From the IMG/VR virus record IMGVR_UViG_3300026613_000128: a stretch of DNA of 37,150 bases. One strand, written 5' to 3'. Numbering within the stretch: position 1 is the stretch's first letter; every line of letters starts with the position of its first letter. Under the pieces are notes generated by a model. The model had not been told where the DNA came from. It made no database searches and saw only the letters and a list, made by a program, of their open reading frames with translations. The DNA comes from a virus. Shown here piece after piece: positions 25,606 to 31,929 of the stretch. A program made the position numbers and the translations under genes.

Positions 25606-25968
25606 ATGATTAGAGAATGGGCTGAAGAGGTTGTGGAAAACTCAAAGGAGGTGGTTGGGCTGGGTCCATATGGTCTTCCAGTGGCTGATAATCGTAATAT
25701 TGGTATGTGGATTGTTGGGCAATTGTGTTTGCGCCATGATCGCGAAGTTGTCCTTGCTAATAAGATCTATGCTGCTTATGGGTTGGATGTTGATTTTACT
25801 CAGCAGGCTAAAAACGCCAATGAATATTGGTTGCGCAACCGCTCCAATAATATCCATCTGAATCATCCAACAGAAAAAACATTATCTTTACTGGCTCCAA
25901 AAATTGCCGATAAGGGTTTGGGTGTGCTGCTTAATTGCATTCCTGAAACAGTAAAAGAACAGCTGTAA
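25606..25968 (+). CDS. Hypothetical protein
   Basis: ATG at 25606 with SD aagagg 8 nt upstream (a GTG at 25597 is listed in the track). The product is 120 aa and is followed by a terminator. Confidence 0.6.
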   Translation: MIREWAEEVVENSKEVVGLGPYGLPVADNRNIGMWIVGQLCLRHDREVVLANKIYAAYGLDVDFTQQAKNANEYWLRNRSNNIHLNHPTEKTLSLLAPKIADKGLGVLLNCIPETVKEQL

Positions 25969-25979
25969 GTTTTTCCTCT

Positions 25980-26025
25980 CCCCTGATTCGCTATGAAGTG
26001 CTTGAGTGAGTCAGGGGGTTTTTTA
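25980..26025 (+). terminator. Rho-independent terminator
   Basis: cccctgattc (25980-25989) pairs with gagtcagggg (26008-26017) for 10 bp including one G-U, followed by g + T6. Confidence 0.65.
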
Positions 26026-26049
26026 TTTAAAGACCAAAAGGAAGAAACC

Positions 26050-26508
26050 ATGAAATTAAATCCTGTCGTTGTTTTGTTGCGTGAATACAGAGAAGATTGC
26101 ACGCTTGGATCTGTTGTTTTACCAAGTGGTAATGTTCTTAAAACTATGGAGCTGCCCTGGAAGGATAATGAACAGGCCGTATCGGCTATCCCAGAGGGGG
26201 TGTATCTTTGTCGGTGGATGGAGTCATCAGCATCCGGTAAGTATGAGCGGTGTTGGCTTGTTGAGAATGTGGAGGGGCGCAGTGGTATTTTGTGGCATCC
26301 GGGAAATACTGTAAATGATACTTATGGTTGTATTCTTCCTGGTTTTGAGTTTGCCAAGTTTGCTGATGAGATGGCCGTTACTTCCAGTCGAAAAGCCATG
26401 GATGTGATGCGCGGGGAGCTGGGGGGGCAGGATTTTATTTTGGTGGTGTCGTCTTTCTCTGCTTATCAAATGGATGATCAATCCATTTATCAGAATCTAC
26501 TGTTCTGA
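26050..26508 (+). CDS. DUF5675-family protein (endolysin candidate)
   Basis: ATG at 26050 with SD aaggaag. CTLGSVVLP..LKTMELPWKDNEQAVSAIPEGVYLCRW...VENVEGRSGILWHPGNTVNDTYGCILPG matches the recalled DUF5675 pattern (..T.G.l......T.E.......IP.G.Y......S......l.nV.gr.gI.iH.GN...DT.GCIl.G). Confidence 0.6.
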   Translation: MKLNPVVVLLREYREDCTLGSVVLPSGNVLKTMELPWKDNEQAVSAIPEGVYLCRWMESSASGKYERCWLVENVEGRSGILWHPGNTVNDTYGCILPGFEFAKFADEMAVTSSRKAMDVMRGELGGQDFILVVSSFSAYQMDDQSIYQNLLF

Positions 26509-26510
26509 TA

Positions 26511-26563
26511 TTGAGCCTTTTCTCATTTGGGGTAGAATGCCTGTAAAAATTACCGACAGGCAT
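26511..26563 (+). promoter_or_regulatory. Sigma70-like promoter candidate (TTGAGC-16-TAGAAT) followed by an 8-bp leader hairpin
   Basis: TTGAGC lies at 26511-26516 and TAGAAT at 26533-26538. The hairpin is atgcctgt (26537-26544) / acaggcat (26556-26563), ending 7 nt before the ATG at 26571. No SD is visible in that spacer. Confidence 0.35.
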
Positions 26564-26570
26564 CCCCCGA

Positions 26571-26861
26571 ATGAGACAGCAAACCCTGGAAACTGTTCAG
26601 CATGCTGCAGCTGGTAAAGCTGCCTTTGTCGCTGGACCTGCTATAGCTACAGCTCCTTCCTGGATCGATTTCGTGCAAGGCCCCACCTTTCAAGCGCTGG
26701 CTATCATTCTGGGGGTCCTGGTATCTATCACTGTGATCCTGGTGAACATCCAATCATTACGCCAGAAGTCGCAAGTTAACCAGGAGCGGCGCAGACAGGA
26801 GCGCATACGCACCGCATTGCTAGAAGAGCAGGCAAAAGACCGGGGGATCTCAGTGGATTAG
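26571..26861 (+). CDS. Small membrane protein, holin-like
   Basis: 96 aa. It has a weakly hydrophobic segment (KAAFVAGPAIATAPSWI), a strong TM (FQALAIILGVLVSITVILVNI) and a highly basic C-terminal tail (RQKSQVNQERRRQERIR..), which is typical holin topology. Confidence 0.5.
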   Translation: MRQQTLETVQHAAAGKAAFVAGPAIATAPSWIDFVQGPTFQALAIILGVLVSITVILVNIQSLRQKSQVNQERRRQERIRTALLEEQAKDRGISVD

Positions 26862-26862
26862 C

Positions 26863-26913
26863 TGGTAAATAATCCTGGTAAACCTTTGGTAAATCCCGCT
26901 CTGGGTTGGTAAA
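26863..26913. repeat. Four direct YTGGTAAAY repeats in 51 bp (iteron-like array) in a convergent intergenic gap
   Basis: TGGTAAA lies at 26863-69, 26876-82, 26887-93 and 26907-13 (cTGGTAAAt, cTGGTAAAc, tTGGTAAAt, tTGGTAAAc). The array fills the space between the stops at 26861 (+) and 26917 (-). Confidence 0.8.
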
Positions 26914-26916
26914 CAA

Positions 26917-27357
26917 TCACACTCTTCTGGCTTCGAGATAGCCAAAGTAAGCTGCTGACCGATTATCCTTATTGCCACTTTTTGGCCAGCTGGTCATTCT
27001 CTGAAACATTTTGGCACTGTTGGCCCAGTTTCCGGCTTGCGGTTTGTGGAGCTTCACCGGTATTCCCCGCGATTTTAAAACCCTCTCAAGCTCAATCTGT
27101 GCCTGCTGGCAAAGCCCTAGCCGGCGCCCCCGCTCTCCCTGGTTGCGGGCTTTGTCGGTTGATTTCTGGCGAAAAACTGAGGTGTTTTCTTTCATGTCCT
27201 CAACGGAAAAGAGGCAGTTTTCGGCCACGTCAGGCCGTTCAATGAACGCCATAATTTCCACCAGGGTCCAGTTGAATACTCCCGTTAGTTTGCCGTGATG
27301 ATAAATAGCGACGCCGTGCGCGCTTGAGCTGGGATCTATGCCAATAATGTAATCCAT
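26917..27357 (-). CDS. RuvC-like Holliday junction resolvase
   Basis: MDYIIGIDPSSSAHGVAIY (catalytic Asp in the IGIDP motif), ..FSVEDM.. and a C-terminal ..DNRSAAYFGY.. fit the RuvC/RNase-H-fold pattern. It is the only - strand gene in this region. Confidence 0.75.
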   Translation of the reverse strand: MDYIIGIDPSSSAHGVAIYHHGKLTGVFNWTLVEIMAFIERPDVAENCLFSVEDMKENTSVFRQKSTDKARNQGERGRRLGLCQQAQIELERVLKSRGIPVKLHKPQAGNWANSAKMFQRMTSWPKSGNKDNRSAAYFGYLEARRV

Positions 27358-27399
27358 AATTTATCCTCTCTTACCCGTTTGTTTTTTGCGGCAATCCGT

Positions 27400-27414
27400 A
27401 TATAGTTACTATAT
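27400..27414. promoter_or_regulatory. Perfect 15-bp palindrome ATATAGT-T-ACTATAT overlapping the start codon of the next gene (operator candidate)
   Basis: Read directly. It lies in the 55-nt divergent gap between the RuvC-like gene and the accessory operon, and the ATG at 27413 lies within the right arm. Confidence 0.45.
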
Positions 27415-27622
27415 GAATAATATACGAGAAATAGAAGCATCTGAAAGCCGCACTTTAGCTAAATTTATCCGGGATAAGCTGCGCATCCATCTCAAGGAGT
27501 TTGCGCGCAGGGAAAATATACCGGTGAGTACGCTTTATGATCGCTGGAAAAGCCGTGGTGGTCGTATACAAGTCATGGATGCCGTGTTTCGTCAGTATGT
27601 TGAGCAATATCACAAGCTTTAA
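27413..27622 (+). CDS. Small putative DNA-binding protein (first gene of the CsrA cassette)
   Basis: From the ATG at 27413 (the track lists TTG at 27386): MNNIREIEASESRTLAKFIRDKLRIHLKEFARRENIPVSTLYDRWKS.., an HTH-like segment. Confidence 0.55.
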   Translation: MNNIREIEASESRTLAKFIRDKLRIHLKEFARRENIPVSTLYDRWKSRGGRIQVMDAVFRQYVEQYHKL

Positions 27623-27646
27623 AGATCAGTGCAGAAGGAGTGAGTT

Positions 27647-28189
27647 ATGAAGGTAGGCGAAACAATGGAGGATTTTGTTAAGGAGCGCTTCGGGGATAAT
27701 GTGTTGCTAGCAGCTAAGGCAATGGGTATGAGGCGTGAATTGCTTCAGCAGCGGATTGATAAAGGTTGCCTGGTGGTCGATGGGCGGCTTTACAATCCGG
27801 GGTGTGAGATCAAAGTCAATTATGACCTAATTGAAGGGCTTCCCTCTGGGGGCGGTGGGCGCGGACGGCAGGCCTACTATTCGTATGATCAGGAACTGCT
27901 TCAGGTTCCTGCAATATCTGAGATCTCAGGTGTCTCAATAAGCACTATTCGAAATCGCTTGATAAAGCACCAGATACCACCTGGTGGTGTCGTTGATGAT
28001 ATTTTGTACCCTTCGGAAAAGGAGCCAATTTATTATCTGCTCAATGGGCGTTCTGTTTCTATGAACAAAATCTCGCGTGATACCGGTATCACATTTGGCC
28101 GTCTTTATACGCTGATAAAAAGGGCTGGTCGTAAGCCTTTGGATGAAATTGGCGATCTGATCAAAATGGAGCTCAGGAAAAAGCCATGA
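27647..28189 (+). CDS. Hypothetical protein with repeated HTH-like segments
   Basis: 180 aa with SD aaggag 7 nt upstream. Segments ..LLAAKAMGMRRELLQQRIDKG.., ..ISEISGVSISTIRNRLIKH.. and ..MNKISRDTGITFGRLYTLIKRAG.. each look like helix-turn-helix units. Confidence 0.55.
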   Translation: MKVGETMEDFVKERFGDNVLLAAKAMGMRRELLQQRIDKGCLVVDGRLYNPGCEIKVNYDLIEGLPSGGGGRGRQAYYSYDQELLQVPAISEISGVSISTIRNRLIKHQIPPGGVVDDILYPSEKEPIYYLLNGRSVSMNKISRDTGITFGRLYTLIKRAGRKPLDEIGDLIKMELRKKP

Positions 28190-28416
28190 TTGCCGCCGAT
28201 GTTGTTCGCGTGAAAATGATGGTTCTCTTAAAAACCTCCCTCAAGCTTCAGGGTGGTCCTGTTATACCTGCTGGTACTGCCGGTATGATTGTTCGCAGGA
28301 TACGTCCTGGCTCACCGGTGGTGGCTGTAAAGTTTGGGGGTGTTCCGGTTTTGGGGTCTCATTTGGATCTGACTGTAAAGGTGTCCCTGAAGAATCTGGA
28401 AGAGTACAAGGTTTAA
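28186..28416 (+). CDS. Small hypothetical protein (beta-rich)
   Basis: 76-aa ORF with an ATGA overlap to the upstream gene. Confidence 0.55.
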   Translation: MIAADVVRVKMMVLLKTSLKLQGGPVIPAGTAGMIVRRIRPGSPVVAVKFGGVPVLGSHLDLTVKVSLKNLEEYKV

Positions 28417-28483
28417 AGCGCTTGGGGGGAATATGGGCATCCCCTGAGTATGTTTTTTTGCCCTTAATATCAAGGAGAAAGGA

Positions 28484-28711
28484 ATGCTGATTTTGAGTAG
28501 GCGTATTGGTGAAACCCTTATGATTGGTGATGATGTTACTGTCACTGTGTTGGCTGTAAAGGGTAATCAGGTCCGGGTGGGGGTGAAAGCTCCTAAAGAA
28601 GTGGATGTGCATCGGGAGGAGGTTTATCAGCGTATTCAGCGTGGCGAGGAGAAACCTGCTAAAACCACAAAAACTATCAAGCGTGGCCAGGGTGGTTTGA
28701 CGCGGTATTAA
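28484..28711 (+). CDS. csrA: Carbon storage regulator CsrA/RsmA homologue with a basic C-terminal tail
   Basis: [52 protein letters not shown] is near-identical in pattern to enterobacterial CsrA ([52 protein letters not shown]). SD aaggag. The tail is ..[19 protein letters not shown]. Confidence 0.95.
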   Translation: MLILSRRIGETLMIGDDVTVTVLAVKGNQVRVGVKAPKEVDVHREEVYQRIQRGEEKPAKTTKTIKRGQGGLTRY

Positions 28712-28754
28712 TCTTAATTTTGAGCAATAAAACAGGTAAAAAAAGGGAAAGATC

Positions 28755-29681
28755 ATGGCTAAAGTTAAAGAAGAAAGGGCGGCATCAGTGGCTGGTGATG
28801 GTTGGTATATTGAGGGGCTTAATGTTGCGGTGGGGAGCATTATGCAGTGGATGGTTCAGCAGTTTCGTGATTTGCCGGAGCCTTGGGATGCTATGGGTGA
28901 GTATAGTCAGGAAAATTATTTGGAGCGCTGCGAAAAGCAGGCCAAGGATATTGTTCGCCAGGTGGGCGCCCTGGTGTCCTCTCACGGTCATCAAGTGGTA
29001 CCTGCGACAATTGGCCCTGTTACATTTAATGATGGTGTAAAGGCTACTCTGAAGATTGCTAACGGCGTCCAGGGGGCTTTTGAGGTGGCACAGTGCCAAG
29101 GGGAAGTGTGTCATATCTTGCTGGCCGATATTGAGGAGCTCCTTGAGTCATCGCAAGGGTTGCCGGCAGCCACGCCTGACCAGGGAGCTTTACATCTTGA
29201 GGATGGGTTACGTGATCCTCTTTATTGTGAGGCTGTGGCTTATGTTCAGCGCAAGGAGGGGGATACTATTTCCATCTCTAATCTTCAGCGGTATCTGAGG
29301 ATTGGTTATAACCGGGTAGCTCTATTGATTGAAGCAATGGAGAGTGCTGGTGTCGTTGCTCCTCTTGATGGGAGTGGAATTCGCCGCGTTATTATTCATG
29401 TCGGACCTGAGCCAGAAGAAACAGTTCTCAATGAGGGGGATGGTGATGACAAGGGTTTGAAGCCTGGTAAGGGTGGTGATGAGCATGATGATAAGGATCC
29501 TCTCTATCAGGATGCTGTGAAATTCGTTGTCGAATCTGGCAAAACTTCGATATCGGCTGTCAGATCTGAGATGAAAGTGGGATATAACCGTGCTGCAAAT
29601 ATGCTTGAGGTAATGGAAAAGGAAGGGGTTTTGAGTCCTCCCGATAATGGCGGCAAGCGCTCTATTGTGGTGCGGCAGTAG
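28755..29681 (+). CDS. Protein with two tandem FtsK-gamma winged-helix domains and no translocase motor
   Basis: aa 154-214: DPLYCEAVAYVQRKEGDTISISNLQRYLRIGYNRVALLIEAMESAGVVAPLDGSGIRRVI. aa 248-306: DPLYQDAVKFVVESGKTSISAVRSEMKVGYNRAANMLEVMEKEGVLSPPDNGGKRSIV. Both match the E. coli FtsK gamma pattern [47 protein letters not shown]..G.REVL. There is no Walker A/B anywhere, and the N-terminal 150 aa belong to no family I recognise. Confidence 0.85.
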   Translation: MAKVKEERAASVAGDGWYIEGLNVAVGSIMQWMVQQFRDLPEPWDAMGEYSQENYLERCEKQAKDIVRQVGALVSSHGHQVVPATIGPVTFNDGVKATLKIANGVQGAFEVAQCQGEVCHILLADIEELLESSQGLPAATPDQGALHLEDGLRDPLYCEAVAYVQRKEGDTISISNLQRYLRIGYNRVALLIEAMESAGVVAPLDGSGIRRVIIHVGPEPEETVLNEGDGDDKGLKPGKGGDEHDDKDPLYQDAVKFVVESGKTSISAVRSEMKVGYNRAANMLEVMEKEGVLSPPDNGGKRSIVVRQ

Positions 29682-30028
29682 TGGGTTTTATCAGCGCAAT
29701 ACAGCCCAAAAAACCCCAAAGTGATAAGTGGGAAGTAATACCGGTGGATACAAGCCGGTTTACTCATGGTTATGTTGGCGTGACATATGGTAGCTCTGAC
29801 GGCTTCTTTGTGATTTCTGCTGTCGAGGTGATGGACGGAGAGCCCTTTTATCATATCTCACTGTCAAAGGAATCCAGGCAACGCTGTACGCGCAATGAAG
29901 TTAGGGCTGTTATTAGGGATTTTGGAATGTGTGGTGCTGAGGAGGATACATCTGGTGCAGCTTTGGCGCGGCACTTCTTCCTGGCTGTTGCTGATCGTGA
30001 TGAGGTTGATGGTTATGAGCAAGATTGA
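29681..30028 (+). CDS. Hypothetical protein
   Basis: 115-aa ORF whose GTG start overlaps the upstream TAG. Confidence 0.5.
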   Translation: MGFISAIQPKKPQSDKWEVIPVDTSRFTHGYVGVTYGSSDGFFVISAVEVMDGEPFYHISLSKESRQRCTRNEVRAVIRDFGMCGAEEDTSGAALARHFFLAVADRDEVDGYEQD

Positions 30029-30245
30029 AATAGAAATTCCTGAGTTGGGGGTTGTTGTTGAAGCTGATTTGCAGCCAATAATAGATGATCATTTTCAGAT
30101 ATCTATGGGGGTTGTTTTTGCTGATGAGCTTGGTTGGGAGTCCAGTTTGCCGCCACTCCGTCAGCCTTGGTTATCAGCTGTCGCCCCAACGATTCCGCGA
30201 GCTATTGATAATTTCAGGGCCATGTTTTTGGGTGGTGACTCATGA
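30015..30245 (+). CDS. Hypothetical protein
   Basis: ATG at 30015 with SD gaggt 8 nt upstream (MSKIEIEIPELGVVVEADLQ..). The longer listed ORF from 29895 would overlap the previous gene by 134 nt. Confidence 0.5.
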   Translation: MSKIEIEIPELGVVVEADLQPIIDDHFQISMGVVFADELGWESSLPPLRQPWLSAVAPTIPRAIDNFRAMFLGGDS

Positions 30246-30487
30246 ATAATCAAGATGAATTAGCACCAACGGGGGTGAGTGAAACGGCTTTGGTGATGGC
30301 GGCATCTTGCCTGGTGTACATTGTGCGAGATCTGTACGTCGCTGGCTGGGATGTCTCTACAGTCAGCGATGAGAGCATCCAGGCCCTTATGACTGCCGTG
30401 GTAATGTATTTTGTGCGCAAGCGTATCAAGGCAAAGAATAAAGCCAGGCGGCAGCTGGTCGGGAGTGGGTTGAATGGACCTGGTTGA
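30242..30487 (+). CDS. Small membrane protein
   Basis: 81 aa with an ATGA overlap. Two hydrophobic segments (ETALVMAASCLVYIVRDLYVAGW, IQALMTAVVMYFV) are followed by a basic tail. Confidence 0.55.
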   Translation: MNNQDELAPTGVSETALVMAASCLVYIVRDLYVAGWDVSTVSDESIQALMTAVVMYFVRKRIKAKNKARRQLVGSGLNGPG

Positions 30488-30806
30488 TGTTAATGACCGT
30501 CGCCGGGTGCTTTGCGAGGGTTATCGTATAGTCAGAAACCCGAAGCGGCGCCGCAAGCTGCAGAAGCGTGGTGAATCTGTTTGGTGGTCAAGCTATTGGC
30601 ATGCATGGATTTGGCGCCCTGAGCCCTGTGAAGAACCTTTCACAGATACGGCTTTTTGTCCCATATGCGGTGAAGAAAGCCTCACAGTATGGCTTGATGA
30701 TTGTGGAATGGCCTTTACCGGTGAGTATGGTACTCATTGGGTAGAGGGGTTTGGTAAGTGTTCTGAGTGTGGTTGGTTTGGTGAGTGGGCTGATTCAGGC
30801 CCATGA
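30474..30806 (+). CDS. Zinc-ribbon protein
   Basis: 110 aa. CPICGEES...CSECGW form CxxC pairs after a basic N-terminal segment (RNPKRRRKLQKRG). Confidence 0.55.
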   Translation: MDLVDVNDRRRVLCEGYRIVRNPKRRRKLQKRGESVWWSSYWHAWIWRPEPCEEPFTDTAFCPICGEESLTVWLDDCGMAFTGEYGTHWVEGFGKCSECGWFGEWADSGP

Positions 30807-30814
30807 GGTGAGCG

Positions 30815-30928
30815 ATGAAGATAAGCGTTGATGAGTGGGTTGTGGCGGCTAAAAGCCTGTTATTGGCTATCACTGTTCTGGTAGCCGTTGCGGGTTTTTC
30901 GCTGGGTGTTTATTGCGCGTTTTCATAG
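30815..30928 (+). CDS. 37-aa single-TM micro-protein (absent from the ORF track)
   Basis: ATG at 30815 with SD gagg 6 nt upstream. MKISVDEWVVAAKSLLLAITVLVAVAGFSLGVYCAFS, with stop TAG at 30926-30928. Confidence 0.4.
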   Translation: MKISVDEWVVAAKSLLLAITVLVAVAGFSLGVYCAFS

Positions 30929-30934
30929 GTAGGG

Positions 30935-31231
30935 TTGATAGTGATTTTCAGGGGTGTTTATTTTTATGCGGCAACAGATCTGCCAAAGGAGCATGGTGGT
31001 TATTTGGATGTGGAGGGTTATATCTACGTGGATGCCCGTAGTAGGGAGTGTGCCCTGGAAGCAATGAAAAGGGCTTATCGCCATCGTTTTGACCGGGATC
31101 CCCATTTGGGCAACGGTGATATCTGTAATGTTTACAGTGAGGAGGAGAGGCCAGAGATAAAGCAGCAGTTATTGGAGGGTTCGCGCTCGTTGCCAAAATG
31201 GCAATGGGATCAGTGTGTTGTAAAGCATTAG
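30935..31231 (+). CDS. Hypothetical protein
   Basis: 98-aa ORF with a non-ATG start (TTG 30935 or GTG 30941). Confidence 0.5.
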   Translation: MIVIFRGVYFYAATDLPKEHGGYLDVEGYIYVDARSRECALEAMKRAYRHRFDRDPHLGNGDICNVYSEEERPEIKQQLLEGSRSLPKWQWDQCVVKH

Positions 31232-31266
31232 TTTAAAAATTAGACCATTATCAAAGGTAGGTTATT

Positions 31267-31929
31267 ATGAATTCTGATCATGTTTTTATCGGTGTGCATG
31301 GTATTAATGTCACCTTTCCGCAATTAACGATTAATAAATTCCGTGGCGCTGTGGAATTCTACGGCGCTGAATACGATGCATTCACTTACGGTCATATGAA
31401 CATTGGCCAGATCCATTGGGTCAATCGCTTGCTGGCTCAGAGCTTGGTTGATCGCATTGAGCATTGGTTACTTCTGGATAAGAAGGTCCATGTTGTCTGT
31501 CACTCCAATGGCGCTGCCATCCTTCACTTGGCACATAGGATTATCGGGCATGAGCTGGAATCTGTTATCTGCGTTAACCCGGCGCTTAAGCAGGATCTCA
31601 TCCCGTACGCCAGTGCAAAGCAAATCCTGGTTGCCCACAATGAGGAGGATCGCGTTGTTGAATGGGCGCGCCTCTTCACGCTTTTCACGTTCGGTGCTGT
31701 CGATCTGAGGCCGTGGGGAGAGATGGGGCGTTATGGGTATCAGGGTGCCAAATTTGCCAAGCTGACTAACTTTGATACTGCTGAGGGGCCTTACCCGGCG
31801 TTGGGTCATTCCGGGTTGTTCTTTGGTGCTCCTGCGTTTTATTGGATTCCCTTGCTTATCAGTCGGGCCCTCAATCTTCCTGCGCCCCCTTTGTTTCTGG
31901 GTGCTGAAGGGGTGCCTGATGGGGATTAA
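31267..31929 (+). CDS. Alpha/beta-fold serine hydrolase (esterase/lipase-like)
   Basis: Nucleophile-elbow-like VVCHSNGAA (Ser codon at 31504-31506), a later acidic HNEEDRVVEW and ..PALGHSGLF.. suggest a Ser-Asp-His triad. The product is 220 aa. Confidence 0.6.
   Translation: MNSDHVFIGVHGINVTFPQLTINKFRGAVEFYGAEYDAFTYGHMNIGQIHWVNRLLAQSLVDRIEHWLLLDKKVHVVCHSNGAAILHLAHRIIGHELESVICVNPALKQDLIPYASAKQILVAHNEEDRVVEWARLFTLFTFGAVDLRPWGEMGRYGYQGAKFAKLTNFDTAEGPYPALGHSGLFFGAPAFYWIPLLISRALNLPAPPLFLGAEGVPDGD

Noticed and set aside
28262-28840. 192-aa ORF on the - strand spanning the CsrA region
   Set aside because: It is antisense to the unmistakable csrA gene and its neighbours. Its translation is low-complexity (Pro/Ser/Thr/Leu-rich) with no SD. 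It is a shadow ORF of the + strand genes.
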